DNA from: the human T2T-CHM13v2.0 reference genome, Homo sapiens
Length of the DNA stretch: 64,000 nt
Assembly: GCF_009914755.1 (NCBI RefSeq)
Contig: NC_060933.1
Reading direction: 5' to 3' (one strand)
Numbering within the stretch: position 1 is the first letter of the stretch; each line of letters begins with the position of its first letter. The translations under genes were made by a program, and so were the position numbers. Under the pieces are notes generated by a model that did no database searches, was not told the DNA's origin, and saw only the letters and a program-made list of their open reading frames with translations. Of this stretch, positions 44,530 to 63,219 are shown piece by piece.

Positions 44530-47295
44530 ACTTTATTATTTTTATTTTGGATTCAAGGATACACGTGCAGATTTGTAACATAGGTATACTGCATGACATT
44601 GAGGTTTGGGCAATTAATAATCCCATTGCCCAAGTAGTGTACATTATACATGATAAGTACTTGTTAACCCTTGTACCCCTTCTCCCTCCATTTTGGAATC
44701 CTTAGTGTTTATTGTTCTCATCTTTGCTTCCATGTGTACCCAATGTTTAGCTTCCACTTATAAGTGAGAAAATGTAGTATTTGGTTTTCTGTTCTGTGTT
44801 AATTTGCTTAGGATCATGACCTTGAGCTGCATCCATGTTGCTGCAAAGAGTATTACATGATTCTTCTTCAGTGGCTGCATAGCATTGGATGGTGTGTAAT
44901 TACCTAATTTTTAAAATCCATCTGAAGATTTATGAGCACATGGTTTCATTCCACATTTTTGCTATTGTGACTAGTGCTGCAATAAACATACAAGTGCAGG
45001 TGTATTTTTGGAAGAAAAACTTATTTGTATTTGGGTATATGCCCAGTAGTGAGGCTGCTGGGTCAAATGGTAACTTTAGTTTTAGTCCTTTGAGAAATCC
45101 CCAAAATGCATTCTACAGGAGCTGAACTAATTTGCATTCCCACCAAGAGTATATCAGGGTTCTCTTTTCTACACAATTTTAACATCTGTTTTTTTTTTTC
45201 ACTTTTTAATAATAGTCATTTAGACTGGGGTGAGATGGTATCACATTGTGGTTTGGATTTACATCTCTCTAATCATTAGAAATGTTGATCAATTTTCCAT
45301 ATGTTTGATGGCTGCTTTTTTTGTCTTTTAAAAGTATATGTTCACATTTTTTGTCAACATTTTTTCTTAAATTCCTTATAAAACATATATATTAGTTATT
45401 TGTTGTATGCAGTTTACACATATTTTAGCCCATACTGTAGGTTGTCTGTTTATTTTGTTAATAGTTTCTCTTGCTGTGCAGGTCACAATTTTTAATTTTT
45501 ATTTTTGTTGTTTTCACTTTTGAGGATGTAGTCATTAATTCTTTACAGAGACCAATGCCAAGGAGAGAATTTTCTAGGTGTTCTTCTAGGATTTTTATAG
45601 GTTGAACTCTTACAGATAAGTCTTTAATGTATCTTGAGTTAATTTTCTATATCATGAGAAGTAGCGGTCGAGTTTTCCTCTTCTGCATATGACTAACCAG
45701 TTTTTCCAGCACCTTTTATTGGGTAGGGAGTTCTTTCCATTTGTTTCTGTTGATGCTGTCAAAAATCAATTAATTTTAAGAGTTCAGCTTCATTTCAGGG
45801 CTCTCTCTTCTGTTCAATAGGGATGTGTGTGTGTGTGTATCTGCATCCATATTATATTGGTTACCGTAGCTTGTGGTAAAGTTTGAAGTTTGGTAACATA
45901 ATGTCTCCAGGTTTATTCTTTTTGTTTAGTATAGCCTTGGCTATTTGAGCTTTTTTGTTTTCATATAAATTTTAGAATAGTTTTTTTTTGTCTAATTTTA
46001 TTAAAAATGGCATTGGTAGAGTGATAGAAATAGAAATAAACTGTCGATTGCTTTGGGCAGTATGAACTTTTTAATAATTCTAATCCATTATCACGAAATA
46101 CTATTCCATTTATTTGCATTGTGTCTGATTTCTTTCAGTAGTGGTTTGTAGTTCTTCTAGTAGAGATATTTAACCTCTTTTGTTTAATGAATCACTATTT
46201 TATTTTTTGTTTCTGGCTATTGTAAACTGGATTGTGTTCTTAATTTTGCTCTGCTTAAGTGTTACTGGTGTATAGAAATGTTCCTCATTTTTGAATGTTG
46301 TTTTGCATTTTGTTGTTGCTGAGATTTTGCTGAGGTCTTTTATTAGGCTTAGGAGTCTTTTGGAGGAGTCTTTGAAGTAGGTAGAAAATTATATCATCAG
46401 TAAAGACAGATAAGTTGATTTTCTCTTTTCTTATTTGAGTGCTTTTTCTTTCTTTATCTTGCCTGATTGTTCTGGCTAAAACTTTCAGAACTATGTTGAA
46501 TAGGAGTGGTGAAAGTGCACATTCTTTTCTTCTTTCAATTTTTTAGGAAGGATGCATTAGTCTTTCACCTGTTCAGTATGATGTTGGCTGAGGATTTGTC
46601 TCATATGGCTGTTATTATTTTGAGGTATGTTCCTTCAATGCCTAGTTTTTTGAGAATTTTTTTCATAAATAGATATTACATTTTATTAATTGCTATTTCC
46701 ACATCTATTGAGGTAATGTGGTTTTGTTTTTTAATTATTTTTATATGTTGAATCACATTTATAGATTTCACATGTTAAAACATTCCTGCATTCACAGAAT
46801 AATGTCCACATAGTTGCAGTGAAATAACTTTGATTTCCTGAGTCAGTTTGCAAGCATTTCATGAATAATTTTTGTGTCTGTATTCATCAGGCATATTGGC
46901 CTGTAATTCTTTTTGTTGTGTCTTTACCTGATTAATATATCAAGATGAGACTGATATTATATGATAGAATTAATTAGGAAGGAGTCCCACTTTGATTTTT
47001 TGGAATACTTTCTGTAGAATTACAGGCAACTCATTTTTGTATACGTGATAAAATCATGCTGTGAATGCATCTGGTTTAGCACTTTTTATAATTGGTAGAT
47101 TTTTTTAATCACCAATTCAATTTGCTTACACATTTTTGGTTTCTTCAAGACTTCTGTTTATTCCTGATTCAATCTTGGGAGGTTGTATATTTCTAAGAGT
47201 TTATTCATTTCCTCTAGACTTTCTAGTTGGTGTGCACAGAGATATTTATAGTAGTCTGCAAGTATGTTTTGTATTTTTGTGGGATTGGTTGTCAC
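44530..47295 (-). mobile_element. Older primate L1 (L1PB or late L1PA type), 3' about 2.8 kb
   Basis: Reverse L1 3' UTR (cccaatgtttagcttccacttataagtgagaa) and ORF2 text (YYKYLCAHQLESLEEMNKLLEIYNLPRLNQE). Confidence 0.85.
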
Positions 47296-47309
47296 AAATG
47301 TAACATTCA

Positions 47310-49780
47310 AATAGATGTATAAAGAAAGTGTAATAAAATTCAATATCTCCTCATAATAAATCTCCTGAACTAGTTATAAAATAAATGCAATTCAAGGTAA
47401 TGTCATGTGTAACAACAATGCATACCTAATATACTAAATAAGGAAAAACTGTAAGCCTTTTCTCTAAGAGCTAGAACAAGACAAGGATGTCCAATTTCTC
47501 CAATCCTTTTTTTTTTTTTTTTTGAGATGGAGTCTCACTCTGTTGCCTAGGCTGGAGTGCAGTGTGCAATTTTGGCTCACTGCAAGCTCTGCCTCCCAGG
47601 TTTACACCATTCTCCTGCCTCAGCCTCCTGAGTAGCTGGGACTACAGGTGCCCACCACCACGCCTGGCTAATTTTTGTATTTTTAGTAGAGACGGGGTTT
47701 CACCTTGTTAGCCAGGATGGTCTTGGTCTCCTGACCTCGTGATGCATCCACCTCTGCCTCCCACAGTGCTGGGATTACAGGTGTGAGCCACCACGCCCAG
47801 CCCAATTTCTTTGATCTTACTGAACATAATACAAAATGACCAAGACAGAAAAATTATTCAATAAAATCAAAGCGATCTTAAATAAAATGAAGAAGATAAA
47901 TTATATTTTCCTTGCAGATGATATAATCTTAAGTATAGAAAAACCTAGGACTTCACAAAAAATTATTAGAATAAACAAATTTATTAAACTTGCACAAAAT
48001 CAACATAAAAAATTCAGTAACATTTCTATACACTAACAATAAAGTATCTGAAAATAAAACCAAAAACCAATCCCATCTACAATAATTGCAGCAGTAACTA
48101 TACCTAGAAATGAATGTAACCAAAAAGGTGAAAGATCTGTACATTAGAATCTAAAAAAAGTTAGAAAATAAATAATATTCAAACAAAAAGATATTTCTAA
48201 TTCATAAATAGGCATGATTAATATTGTTAAATATCAGCATTACACAAACTGATATACAGATATAATAAAACTTCTATTAAAATACCAGTTAAATTCTCTA
48301 CAGAAATGTTTTTAAAAAATCTAAAATGTATATTGCCCCACAAAAGGCCTTAATAGCTACAAAAATCAAGCAAAAAATGAAAAATAAAAGGCTGAAGGAA
48401 TCACTCTACCTGACTTTTAAATGTCCAACAAAGCTACAGTAATCAAAACAGAGTGTTACTTACATAAAAATGGACACAAAGGCCAACAGAGCAAAAGAGA
48501 AAGACCAGAAATAAATTCATGTATTTACAGACAACTGATTGTAAATAAAGATGACAATATTTTTTGAAAAAGAAGAGTCTCTTTTATAAATGATGTTGAG
48601 AAAATATATATCCACATGCAAAATAATAAAATCAGACCTTCATCTCATGCCATATATAAAAATTAACTCAAATTAGATACTTAAATATGAGACCTGAAAA
48701 TCTAAAACTAAGATGAGGAAATATAGAATGAATGCCCCATAACGTTGGTCTGGGCAGTGACTCTTGGGTTTAACCTCAAAATTTTAGGGGGAAATAGACA
48801 AATCAGATTCCTTAAAATTAAGAAGCTGCTGCACACCAACCGATACAATCAGCAGAATGACATAACTGAAAAATGGAAGAAAATATTTGCAAATTACACA
48901 TGTGAAAAGCAGTTAATATCAAAAATATATAAGAAACTCAAAGGACTATACAACAAAAAACAAATAACCATGAAAAATAAGCAAAAGATATATATAAATA
49001 ATTTTCAAAGAAAGACATACATATAGCTTGGCAGATAGATGAATATGGCTCAAAGTCAATTATCATCAAGGAAAGGCAAACCAAAACAACTCTAAGATAT
49101 AAACTCACTCCTGTTAAAATGTTTAAAAAAGTTGTTGGTAAACTTGAAAAAAAAGAAAGAGGGTAGTTTTCACACTGTGTCAATGTAAATATAAACAGCC
49201 ATTATGAAAAATAGAAATTTTGCAAAACAATTAAACTCTAACATGTAATTGAACTACTGGATATCTATCACAACACAAATGAAACTAGATTGATGAACAG
49301 ACATCTGCAATTCTGTTTGTTGCAGCACACTTTACAGAAGCCAAAACATAGAATCAACATATGTGTCCATCACCCAATGACGAAATACAGACACTATGGT
49401 ATATATATACAATCGAATAGTGTATTTTCAACAGAAAATCTTATTTTTAATCCCAAAGATAAACCTAAAGGACACTATAGTTGTTGAAATAAGGCATAGA
49501 AAGGTTAATATCTCATGATTTCACTCACATGTGGATTCTACAAAACGTATCTTGATTACCTAATTACAGTTGGATAAGAAAAATAAGTTGAAGAGATTAT
49601 AATGCATGTATTGTATTTCTGAAAAAATGCTAAGACAGTAAATGTCTTCTCACCACAAAAATAATAACTATGTGAGGCAAAGTATTTGACAATTACCTAA
49701 AATTAGGCATTGACAAAGTATATTTACTTCAAATTACTATTTCACAAAATAAATACATATTTCATCAGTGAATTTAAAAA
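47310..49780 (+). mobile_element. L1MA-type ORF2/3' end containing an Alu
   Basis: agaacaagacaaggatgtcc, FLADDIIL motif, 3' UTR tctcaccacaaaaataataactatgtgagg. Confidence 0.8.
47507..47802 (-). mobile_element. AluY-like
   Basis: Reverse Alu; TSD core CCAATTTCT. Confidence 0.95.
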
Positions 49781-50491
49781 TATATTTATAAAAACTATTA
49801 AAAATGACAATGTTTCAAATTCTGACCTGTGTTTTTGTCATAAACCTGTCTGAATAGTATGAAAGATACAGTTTCTGTGCTGTTTTGTCACCTAGTCAGT
49901 CATGACCGTATGAACTCTAATATTTACCACCATGTTTGGGACCCAGCACAGAGCATGGGAGAAGTCAATGTACCTTAGGGCTTTTATTTTGAGCTTGAGA
50001 CAACTGGAGTTTCTGGTGCTGGTGGTAATGATAGGGAAGACACAAAAAGGGCAGCTCTTGCTGTGTTTCACATGATTAAACCACTCTGAAGAGAGTAAAT
50101 TAGTTTGCATCCCAGATCACTGAAGACATTTTTTAACTCAAAAGATGCCATGATCTTTAAAACTTTTCCAGATAAAATGACCAAGGAGTTGACCAGTGAA
50201 ACCTCTAAAGACTGAACCTCTAAATTGTAAACTGCACCCAATAAAAAAGTACATTATACAAGTGTGAGAAATTCCTCAAGATTTTAACATTAATATGAAA
50301 AAGTTTATTTCACATGTGAAATCCACAGGTGTCATTCTATTATTTTTGAATATTTAACATTCACACCAAAATAAAAGATTCTGAATAAAAACTTAAGTTG
50401 AGCTGTAAGTATGTAATAAAAAATTAAATTTAACATTCTCCACTTACCATTAACTCTTCTAAAAGTTTAATTTCTAAGACATATCTTCTAA

Positions 50492-50814
<323 letters not shown>

Positions 50815-51497
50815 TGTGTTAAAATTTAATAAAAGTTTGGTTTTACAAAGACAAGAAATTCTGACTGATTTCTTCCTCTCACCTGTGAACACTGCATGCC
50901 TTTTATCTCAATTAACATATCTGAAAGTTACATTGAGACACTTTCATCAGAACCTACAAAGTACTGTGTGAAGTGACATGGCACAAAACAAACAGCAATA
51001 AAGATGTAGCCATAACACAAAGAATAAAAAGAAGGGCTGTGATGCATACACAGTTGGGATAAACATAAGTAGACACACAAACAAAACTAAAAATAATCAG
51101 AAAATAAGCAGAATGTCTCTTTAAATTCAGAAAGAGTCAATTTTGCAGCATAAGAACAATGTCCTCTCCATATACAGAATCGATTTTATTTCTTCACCAT
51201 GTGTATTTCTTTATCTTTACTTGGAGCTACAAACTAACTCCAGCAGAAATATTTGCGGCCAATAATGGTGCATCTATTACACAGCAAGCATTGTGTTTGT
51301 TACATTTACATTTCAAAATACCTTTATGACTTATGAAGCCTCCCCAGCATTTACCTAAACAAATTGGCTGAATGAATAAATTCACCTATGTCAATTATAA
51401 AGAGTAAAAGGAACAATAATAAAGGAAACTTAGCTTACACAGGTTTCTCCAATTAAAATAACAAAATGGGATGTTCTAACTAAATGAAATATAAGTT

Positions 51498-51812
51498 GGT
51501 CGGATGCAGTGGCTCATGCCTGTAATCCCAGCACCTTGGGAGGCCAAGGTGGGTGGACCACCAGGTCAGGAGTTCAAGGCCACTCTGGCCATTATAGTGA
51601 AACACAGTCTCTACTAAAAATACAAAAACATTAGCTGGGAATGGTGGCACATGCCTGTAGTCCCAGCTACTTAGGAGGCTGAGGCAAGAGAATTGCTTGA
51701 GCCAGCAGGTGGGGGTTGTAGTGAGCTGAGATCCCACCACTGCACTCTAGCCTGAGTGACAGAGTGAGACACCATCTCAAAAAAAAAAAAAAAGAAAAAA
51801 GAAAGCAACAAA
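51498..51812 (+). mobile_element. Alu (AluS type)
   Basis: Full Alu; TSD GAAATATAAGTT. Confidence 0.93.
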
Positions 51813-52888
51813 AGAAATATAAGTTAATACACTCATTGTGAAATAACATTGAAAAATTATTTTGCGTGCATTAGTAAATTTTATAAAAATTCTTAGAATA
51901 CCTGAGCAACTCACATAATGAATACTTAATAAATTATAAACACAAAAAATATGAAAAAAAATATCAGTCTACCATGAGTACCAGGCACATGAAAGAAAGA
52001 ATTTGCATGGAAAGATTTGGAAACGCAATCCATAAGACTTCACAGTAATTAATTAAATAAAATACAGAGAATACCGATATTATTCAAAATCACGGAGGTT
52101 TCTGGTCTTCTAGTAAATGATTTGTCCACTTTATTAAAGTGATATTTTGTTCCAATATTTCTTGTCTTCTGAAAATAGGTACACTCGCACTCACACAATT
52201 ACTTGCCCCACAAATTTCTTACACCTAATGTTTATATTAAGAGTGAAATATTTGTATATTTAGCACCATGTAAGTAAAAAACTAACAGTCTGTATGAGTT
52301 TACAGGCAGAGAGGCCACTTGTTCAAAATATATATGACCAATTTTTAAAAATATTCATTCAGGACTTAGAAATGTGAGATTTCTTATTATACTACTATGT
52401 AATTATCATTATGACCATAAAAAACCTCTGTAGCAAGTAATAATTTACTTGTACATTTTTAAATAACTAAAAATGTTTAATTGGATTGTCTGTAACACAA
52501 AAAAAATGCATTATGTAATGAATACCTCATTTACTCTGATGTGATTGCAAGTTGTATGCCTGTATGAAAATATTCTATATATGCCATAAATAGGTAAACA
52601 ATACTCTGTTCCTACAAAAATTTAAAACGTTAAACAAATTTACATTTTTACCCATTGAAACAATACTCTTAAACTTTTCAGGTTAATGCCACAGGCAAAA
52701 GAGATTGCTAGAGAGCTCATTCTACTATGTTACCATCTTTTATCTACATCTTTAATAAGGTGGGACACATTAAAGTTGGTGACATAACACTTTACTAAAT
52801 GCAGGTCTTAAAAAGTTTAAAACTATTTCATTTAATTTAAAAGCTAAGTTATCACAGTCTTATAAAAGAATTTTAAAATTCCCTACAT

Positions 52889-52894
52889 TTTATT
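52889..52894 (-). terminator. Candidate poly(A) signal of the ZNF pseudogene
   Basis: Minus strand cttttatgtAATAAAatgtag, about 1 kb downstream of the finger array. Confidence 0.4.
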
Positions 52895-53899
52895 ACATAA
52901 AAGTACAATTGGTAAAACAATTTACTACTAAAACTCAAAGTTTTCCTTTCACTATAATGCAGAATATTACTCTAAACACATAACTCATGTATCACAGGAA
53001 AAATGTTAAAAGTCAGCCATAAAGAGCCTCTCCAATTGGATTTTCAATATACATCTTACATTTTAATATCCTTACTCTTCCACGGAAAAGTTAATGAATT
53101 ATGCCTACCTAATAAGAAAGGAATCTCTCAGATTTCTGATGCAACAGAAATTGATGACATGCTTTTACACAAACAACAGGAAAAAAGGAACAGAATGAAG
53201 CAATTTTACAGTTGAATTACCTCACTATTTGCTTTTCAAAAAATCTACATTTTTTTCAAGGAAAAACATATACCTTGAATGTAATTATAACTCTCCAAAA
53301 AATAATCTTCCACTCCTCTTAAACTTATATACAAATAAATTATCCAACAGTTTTAGCTTTGGATTACTTTCTATACAGAACATTCTGATTTCGTGTAACG
53401 TCTTAAGTGCCAGTGCCTTAATTCTTCCTACTGTGAATTTTCTAAAGTTTACAAAGACTTAATTTTGACTAAATATTTTTACACATGTATTCCATCTGCA
53501 AAAATATCTTTTATTATAAACTGCATGGTGTTTTTTAAGCTGTAGTTTCTGAACAAATGTTTTTCCACATTTATTACATTTGTATGGTTTCCTTCAACAT
53601 AAATTCTCTGATGCTGAACAAGTTTGAGTAATTCCTTTAGAGTTTTCTTCTAGCATAAAATCTGTACATTATATAGGGCAAGTAAAGGTATTACAACCCT
53701 CTTTATATTTGTAATGTTTCTCTCCAGAGTACTCTTTTTTAAGGGTTTAAATTTTTCAAGGTCTTTCAAAAGTAATTACATTTATAATAATTTTATTAAG
53801 TATGAACTTCCTGATGTTGACTATGATGTGAGCAAATAGAAGTGGCTTTCCCACACTCTGTATAATTTTTCAAGTATAAATGCCTTTATGTGCCATAAG

Positions 53900-56671
<2,772 letters not shown>

Positions 56672-57462
56672 TTAAGTGTGTTCAGTGTACCAGGTGAGCA
56701 AAATGCCACAAGCCATACTGAATGGATAGAAAAGTTTGTTACATTTGCCCAACACCTTTACTCCTCCATAATGCAGCATGGCACTTTTAGAAGTAAACTG
56801 CAATGCCTGGCATCTTCCTCAATATAGAAAAAGAAAAAACTGGCTCGTGTATTTTTACTTCTGGCTTCTGGGCACTTTTACAGAGACTTGTTTCTGTCTC
56901 CAATGACAAAATGTGCTGAAAGAAATGATGGTATACTTTGAAATAACAGCTTGAGTCTGCTGAGACCAAAGGTAAATGTTACAGCAACAAACTACAGTAC
57001 CACAGACATGCAATATGTACAGGAAGTAATTACAGACTGTTAAGAAACACAGACAAACCTCTTTAACTGAATAATCAACACAAAATTCCACACAAGACAC
57101 ATCATAACATATTTGATAGGCTCCCAGAATCTCTAGTTGAGACAACTGGTTTCAGATTATGTCAGGACAATACCGCATTATAAAGATTGTGAGAGGTAGC
57201 TGTTTGTTAATGTCCAAATCTCAACCAAAGAGTACAATACATACAAAATATTACAGTGACATGGCCTAAGTAAAAAAAAAAAACTTAAAACTGTCAGAAA
57301 ACAACCATGAAAATAAAGATGTACACATTAATTTTAAAAATTTAACCTAAATGGGAACACAGGTAACTAAATAAAATCAGAAAAAAATAGAATATCAAGT
57401 AAAAGATGAAAAATATAATAGAAATTATGGAAGTAGAAAATAGAAATAGAAATAATACCTGA

Positions 57463-57748
57463 GGCCAGGTGCAGTGGCTCATGTCTGTAGTCCCAGCACT
57501 TTGGGAGTTTGAGGCAGGCAGATCACTTGAACCTAGGGAGTTCAAGTTTAAACTGGGAAACATGGCAATACTTCTCCTCTATAAAAATTAAAATTAGTCA
57601 GGTGTATTGGCACACACCTGTGGTCCCAGTAAAGAGGAGGCTGAGGTAGGAGGATCACATAAGCCTAGGGAACCCAAGGCTGCAGTAAGCTGCAATCATG
57701 CCACTGTACTCAAACCTGGGTGACAGAGCAAGACACTGTCTCAAAAAA
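57463..57748 (+). mobile_element. AluJ-like
   Basis: Diverged dimeric Alu; TSD AATACCTGA. Confidence 0.88.
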
Positions 57749-59187
57749 TTAAGAATACCTGAGAAATTCTCAAAAGTAAGAAAATAAGGTTGTAAAAATG
57801 AAGAAGCTCAACATACTAAAACTAGGAAACATACAGATCCATAACAAGACATGCAAAGCAAAGTTCCCAAAGTCACAGACAAGAAGAGAATCTCAAATGC
57901 TGGAAAATACATAATTATGGTTGCATGATATAACCAGTGACTCTTTCAACAAAAACCTTGCAGGCCAGAAGGAAATTGTGTGCTATAGTTGAGGTGCCAA
58001 GCGAAAAATAGCTTCTATGTAAGAATAACATAACCAGCAAAACTGTGCTACAAAAATGAAGAAAAAGCAAAGACCTCTAAAGATAACCAAACGTGGAAAA
58101 ATTATATCAACACTACATGTGCCATACAAAAAATGCTGAGAAGAGTCCTCCTATTAAAACTATATGATGCTAAAAAACAAAACTATCATATAAAAATAGG
58201 TAGCTTTCTAGGAAAGATATAAAGATATGCAAATATTATAGAAAAAATATCCTGTAGCATTATTATAATACCAAAAAATGTTTTATTTAACTATTCTCTA
58301 AAATTTAAAGATAAAAGCTAAAAATAATAATGAACATCTGTTAATAAATACATAACATAAATAGATATGTTTAGTGACATCAATAACTAAGTTGAGGACA
58401 GATGTAATAAGAAATAATTTGTGCATGAACCCGAATTTAAATTTCACCACTTCAAAATATATTGTTGAAATTTTAAGAGGTTTTTATATAATCCTGAAGG
58501 CACCCACAAAGAAAATGTCTGTACAGGTACAAAAAAGGAAATAAGAAAGTAGTGACAGCCTATCCATACAAAAATCAAAAAGACACAAAGGAAGATAGAA
58601 TGAGAAACAGACCTACAAGAATCATTAAACAATAAAATAACAGTAATCTTTGTCTTCAGAAAATAAATATTTTAAAAATAGACTTGCCAATCAATACACA
58701 TACATTGAATAGAGGGATTATATAAAATTTTATATACCAAGATCCAACTTGCCTCTCTTCAAGAGTCACTTGAGATCTAGTAGTGAAATCAGCCTGAAAG
58801 TGGCAAGTGGAAGAAGACATTTTAGGCAAACATCAACCAAATGAGAGCAGAAGAGATCAAAATTGTATTATACAAAATACATCGTAAGTCAACAACTCTC
58901 TTATTTTATAAAATATACTTTATGTCAAAATTCACAAGAGAAAAAAAGGTCATTAAACAATAATAAAGATATCATTTATTGAAAATGTATGACAAATATG
59001 TGCATACATATATTTATATGTTTGTGTCTGTACATATATTTCTCATATTAGGTTTCCTAAAATACAAAGCAAAAATTGACAGAATTAAAGCAACAAATAG
59101 AAAGCAATATTATTATAATAAGATATTTTAATACTTCAATTTCTGCAATGAACAATAAAACAAAACAATATTAATAATGGAAAAGAG

Positions 59188-59488
59188 GGCCAGGTACGGT
59201 GGCTCACGCCTGTAATCCCAGCACTTTGGGAGGCCAAGGCAGGCGATCACGGGGTCAGGAGATGGAGACCATCCTGGCTAACACGATGAAACTCGGTCTC
59301 TACTAAAAACACAAAAAATTAGCAGGAGGTGGTGGCAGGTGCCTGTAATCCCAGGTACTCAGGAGGCTGAAGCAGGAGAATGGCATGAACCCAGGAAGTG
59401 GCGCTTGAAGTGAGACGAGATCGCACCACTGTACTCCAGCCTGGGTGAGAGCAAGACTCTGTCTCAAAAAAAAAAAAAAAAAAAAAAA
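59188..59488 (+). mobile_element. AluY-like
   Basis: Full Alu with long A tail; TSD GGAAAAGAG. Confidence 0.93.
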
Positions 59489-59516
59489 GGAAAAGAGAAA
59501 CTGAAAGCAGTACAGA

Positions 59517-59800
59517 TGGGAACAAGTGGCTCATGCTTGTAATTCCAGCACTTTGGGAGGCCAAGGAAGACAGATTACCTGAGGTAAGGAGATTGAGACC
59601 AGCCTGGCCAACATGGCAAAACCCCATCTCTACTAAAAATAGCCAGGTGCGGTAGCAGGCGCCTGTAATCCCAGCTCCTCAGGAGGCTAAGGCAGGAGAA
59701 TTGCTTGAGCCAGGGAGGCGGGGTTTGCAGTGAGTCGAGATTGCGGCACTGCAATCCAGCCTTGGTGACAGAGCAAGACTCCATCTCAAAAAGAAAAAAT
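59517..59800 (+). mobile_element. Alu (AluS type)
   Basis: Dimeric Alu. Confidence 0.92.
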
Positions 59801-60450
59801 ATACAAAGAAAGAAGTATAAAACAATATTATGCCTAACAAAGAACACCCCTTAACAATAGCAGGGTACAACCATTCTCAATAGCTCACATACATTCTCTT
59901 TGATAAACTGCCTGTTAGGCCATGATAAAAATAAAAACTTACTAAATCTTTAAAAATTGAAATTGATAGATTACTTTTTATGACCAAAATGGAATGAGAG
60001 TAGAAATCAACAAAAACAAAACTAAAAAATTTACAAATACATGAAAATTAAACAACACACTCTTCAGCATGCTCAAAGGGTAAAATAATTAATATTCAGC
60101 ATGATCGAAGGGTAAAATAACTAATATTGTGAAGATGCCCATACTGCTCAGTGTAATCTACAGATTTAATGCAATCCCTTTCAAATATCTAATTTTATTT
60201 TAGCAGAAATAGAAAAAGCAACCCCCAAATTATATGAAATTTTAAGAAACAATGAAACACCCAATAATCTTCAAAGAGAGGAACAACGTTGGAGGCATCA
60301 CAACTCCCTGATTTCAAAACACATTATATAGAGTTAAAACAATTTGGTTTGGTTATAAAAAGTGAACTAGACCAAATAAAGAGAATGTAGTATAAACATA
60401 AACTCTCACACATATAATCACAGGAAGAGTTATTTGCACATCCATAATTT

Positions 60451-60739
60451 TTTTTTTTTAGATGGAGACTCGCTCTGTTGCCCAGGCTGGAGTGCGGCGG
60501 CACAATCTAGGCTCACTGCAACCTCTGCCTCCCAGGTTCATGCCATTCTCCTGCCTCAGCCTCCCAAGTAGCTGGGACTGTAGGTGCCCGCCACCATGCT
60601 TGGCTAATTTTTTGGTATTTTTAATGGAGATGGGGTTTCACCGTGTTAACCAGGTTGGTCTCGATCTCCTGACTTTATGATCCACCCACCTTGGGCTCCC
60701 AAAGTGCTGTGATTACAGGCGTGAGCCACCACGCCCGGC
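60451..60739 (-). mobile_element. Alu (AluY/Sc-like)
   Basis: 16-bp TSD TGCACATCCATAATTT at 60435-60450 and 60740-60755. Confidence 0.95.
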
Positions 60740-60884
60740 TGCACATCCATAATTTATACAGCATTGTTATTGACAGGCAATAGGTGAAAGCAATGCAAAT
60801 TTTTCTCCCCAGATTACTGGATAAATATAATTTGAAACATAAAAATAATGGAATATTACTCAGTGTTTAAAAACAGGGAATACA

Positions 60885-61172
60885 GTCCGGGCACAGTGGC
60901 TCACACCTGTAATCCCAGCACATTGGGAGGCCGAGGTGGGTGAATCACCTGAGTTTGGGAGTTCGAGACCAGCCTCACCAACATGGAAAAACCCCGTCTC
61001 TACTTACAAAAATTAGCCGGGCATGGTGGTGCATGCCTGTAATCCCAGCCTCCTCTCAGGAGGCTGAGGAAGGAGAATGGCTTGAACTTGGGAGGCGGAG
61101 ATTGTGGTGTGCTGAGATCGCTGCACTGCAGTCCAGCCTGGGCAACAAGGGCGAAACTCCGTCTAAAAAAAA
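60885..61172 (+). mobile_element. AluSp-like
   Basis: Dimeric Alu with ccaacatggaaaaaccc and ggcaacaagggcgaaactcc. Confidence 0.92.
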
Positions 61173-61883
61173 AGGAAATATTCTAACAACCATAACAAAC
61201 TTTCATGAAATTATGCAGGACAACATATGTCAGCCACAAAAAATACTGTATGAATCCACTTACATGAGATATTTAAAGCAGTTAGACTCAAAAACAGGGA
61301 AACAGAATTGTTTGTAAAGGGCCAGAAAATGGGAGAAATGAGTAACTGTTTAATGTGTATTCAGTTTTAGTTTTGCAAGACAAAAACATTCTAGAGATAT
61401 ATTGTATAATAATGTCAATATAATTAATATAAACTACATATTTTTAAATTAAGATTCTAAATTTTATGTTCTTGATAATTAACAATAAACAGTAATAATA
61501 CCTAAAAAAGGAACAAAATTGACAGTTTTTAAAATTACCTTCAAATCAAAAAAGTGTTTCTCCCACACCAAAATAGATTCCCAAATAGATATTACAAGTA
61601 GGAGAATTTTTATGACTACTCAGATAAAACGACCATTGATCACTTACAAACATACAAGTCATAAACAATACAGAAATAATATGTGTATACAAAAACACAG
61701 AAATTATTATATTGGGAATAGACATATGACTGATTCATATGTAACTTTGTCTCCACGCTGTCTTAAAGTGTACAGAGTTGAATATTGTCATTCACAATTG
61801 TCACACAAAATAAAAACTAAAAACACAATTAACTGATGTAACGTGGCATACTCTAAAATATGAAACAAAAATGAAATAAAATT

Positions 61884-62355
<472 letters not shown>

Positions 62356-62528
62356 CTAATTTTTATGTGATAAAAGAAAAACTAATACCAATCAACACTG
62401 TTTGCTTTGAAATTATTTGGAATTATTCTGGAATTAAAAATAAGGAAACAATAAAGAACTTACAAAATAAACAAAAGGTGAAGGCATTTATCATCACCGG
62501 CATGGTCCCACAAGAAATGCTACATGGT

Positions 62529-62642
62529 GGCCAGGCACCAGTGGCTCATGTCTGTAATCCCAGAGTCTTGGGAGGCCAAGGCAGGCAGATTAGTTGAGGC
62601 TAAGAGTTCAAGATGAGCCTGAGTAACATAGTGAGATGCTGT
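62529..62642 (+). mobile_element. FLAM / Alu monomer
   Basis: Left monomer only. Confidence 0.8.
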
Positions 62643-62901
62643 TTATTTTTTTATTGCCAAAAAGAGTCCATATGTTGAAAAATATAATGATGCTGACAGC
62701 CTTAAAAAACTACATGAAACTATAAAGCTTTCTGTTAAATGTAAATATATAAACACATATACAGTGGTTTACTACCATAATCATGAAGCAAAATCTCTTA
62801 AAATTCTGCTATAGAATTTCAACAAAAAAATCTGCACAAATCTGTTAATAGATATAAAATATAAAACAATATTTATAATAATAAAAAACTACAGGATGTA
62901 A

Positions 62902-63219
62902 GCGTGGGCACAATGGCTCATGCCTGTAATCCCAGCACTTTGGGAGGCCGAGATGAGTGGATCACGAAGTCAGGAGTTCAAGACCAGCTTGGCTAAGATG
63001 GTGAAACCCCGTCTCTACTAAAAATATGAAAAATTAGCCGGTCGTGGGGGTGGGTGCCTGTAATCTCAGCTACTTGGGAGGCTGAGGCAGAGCATTGCTT
63101 GAACCTGGGAGGCGGAGGTTGCAGTGAGCCGAGATCACACCACTGCACTCCAGCCTGGGTGACAGAGCGAGACTCCGTCTCAAAAACAAAACAAAACAAA
63201 ACAAACAAGCAAAAAAAAC
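62902..63219 (+). mobile_element. AluSg-like
   Basis: (CAAAA)n tail; TSD ACTACAGGATGTAA. Confidence 0.95.

Noticed and set aside
44530-49780. Single inverted (twin-primed) L1
   Set aside because: Each half has its own, different 3' UTR pointing outward, so these are two separate old L1s.
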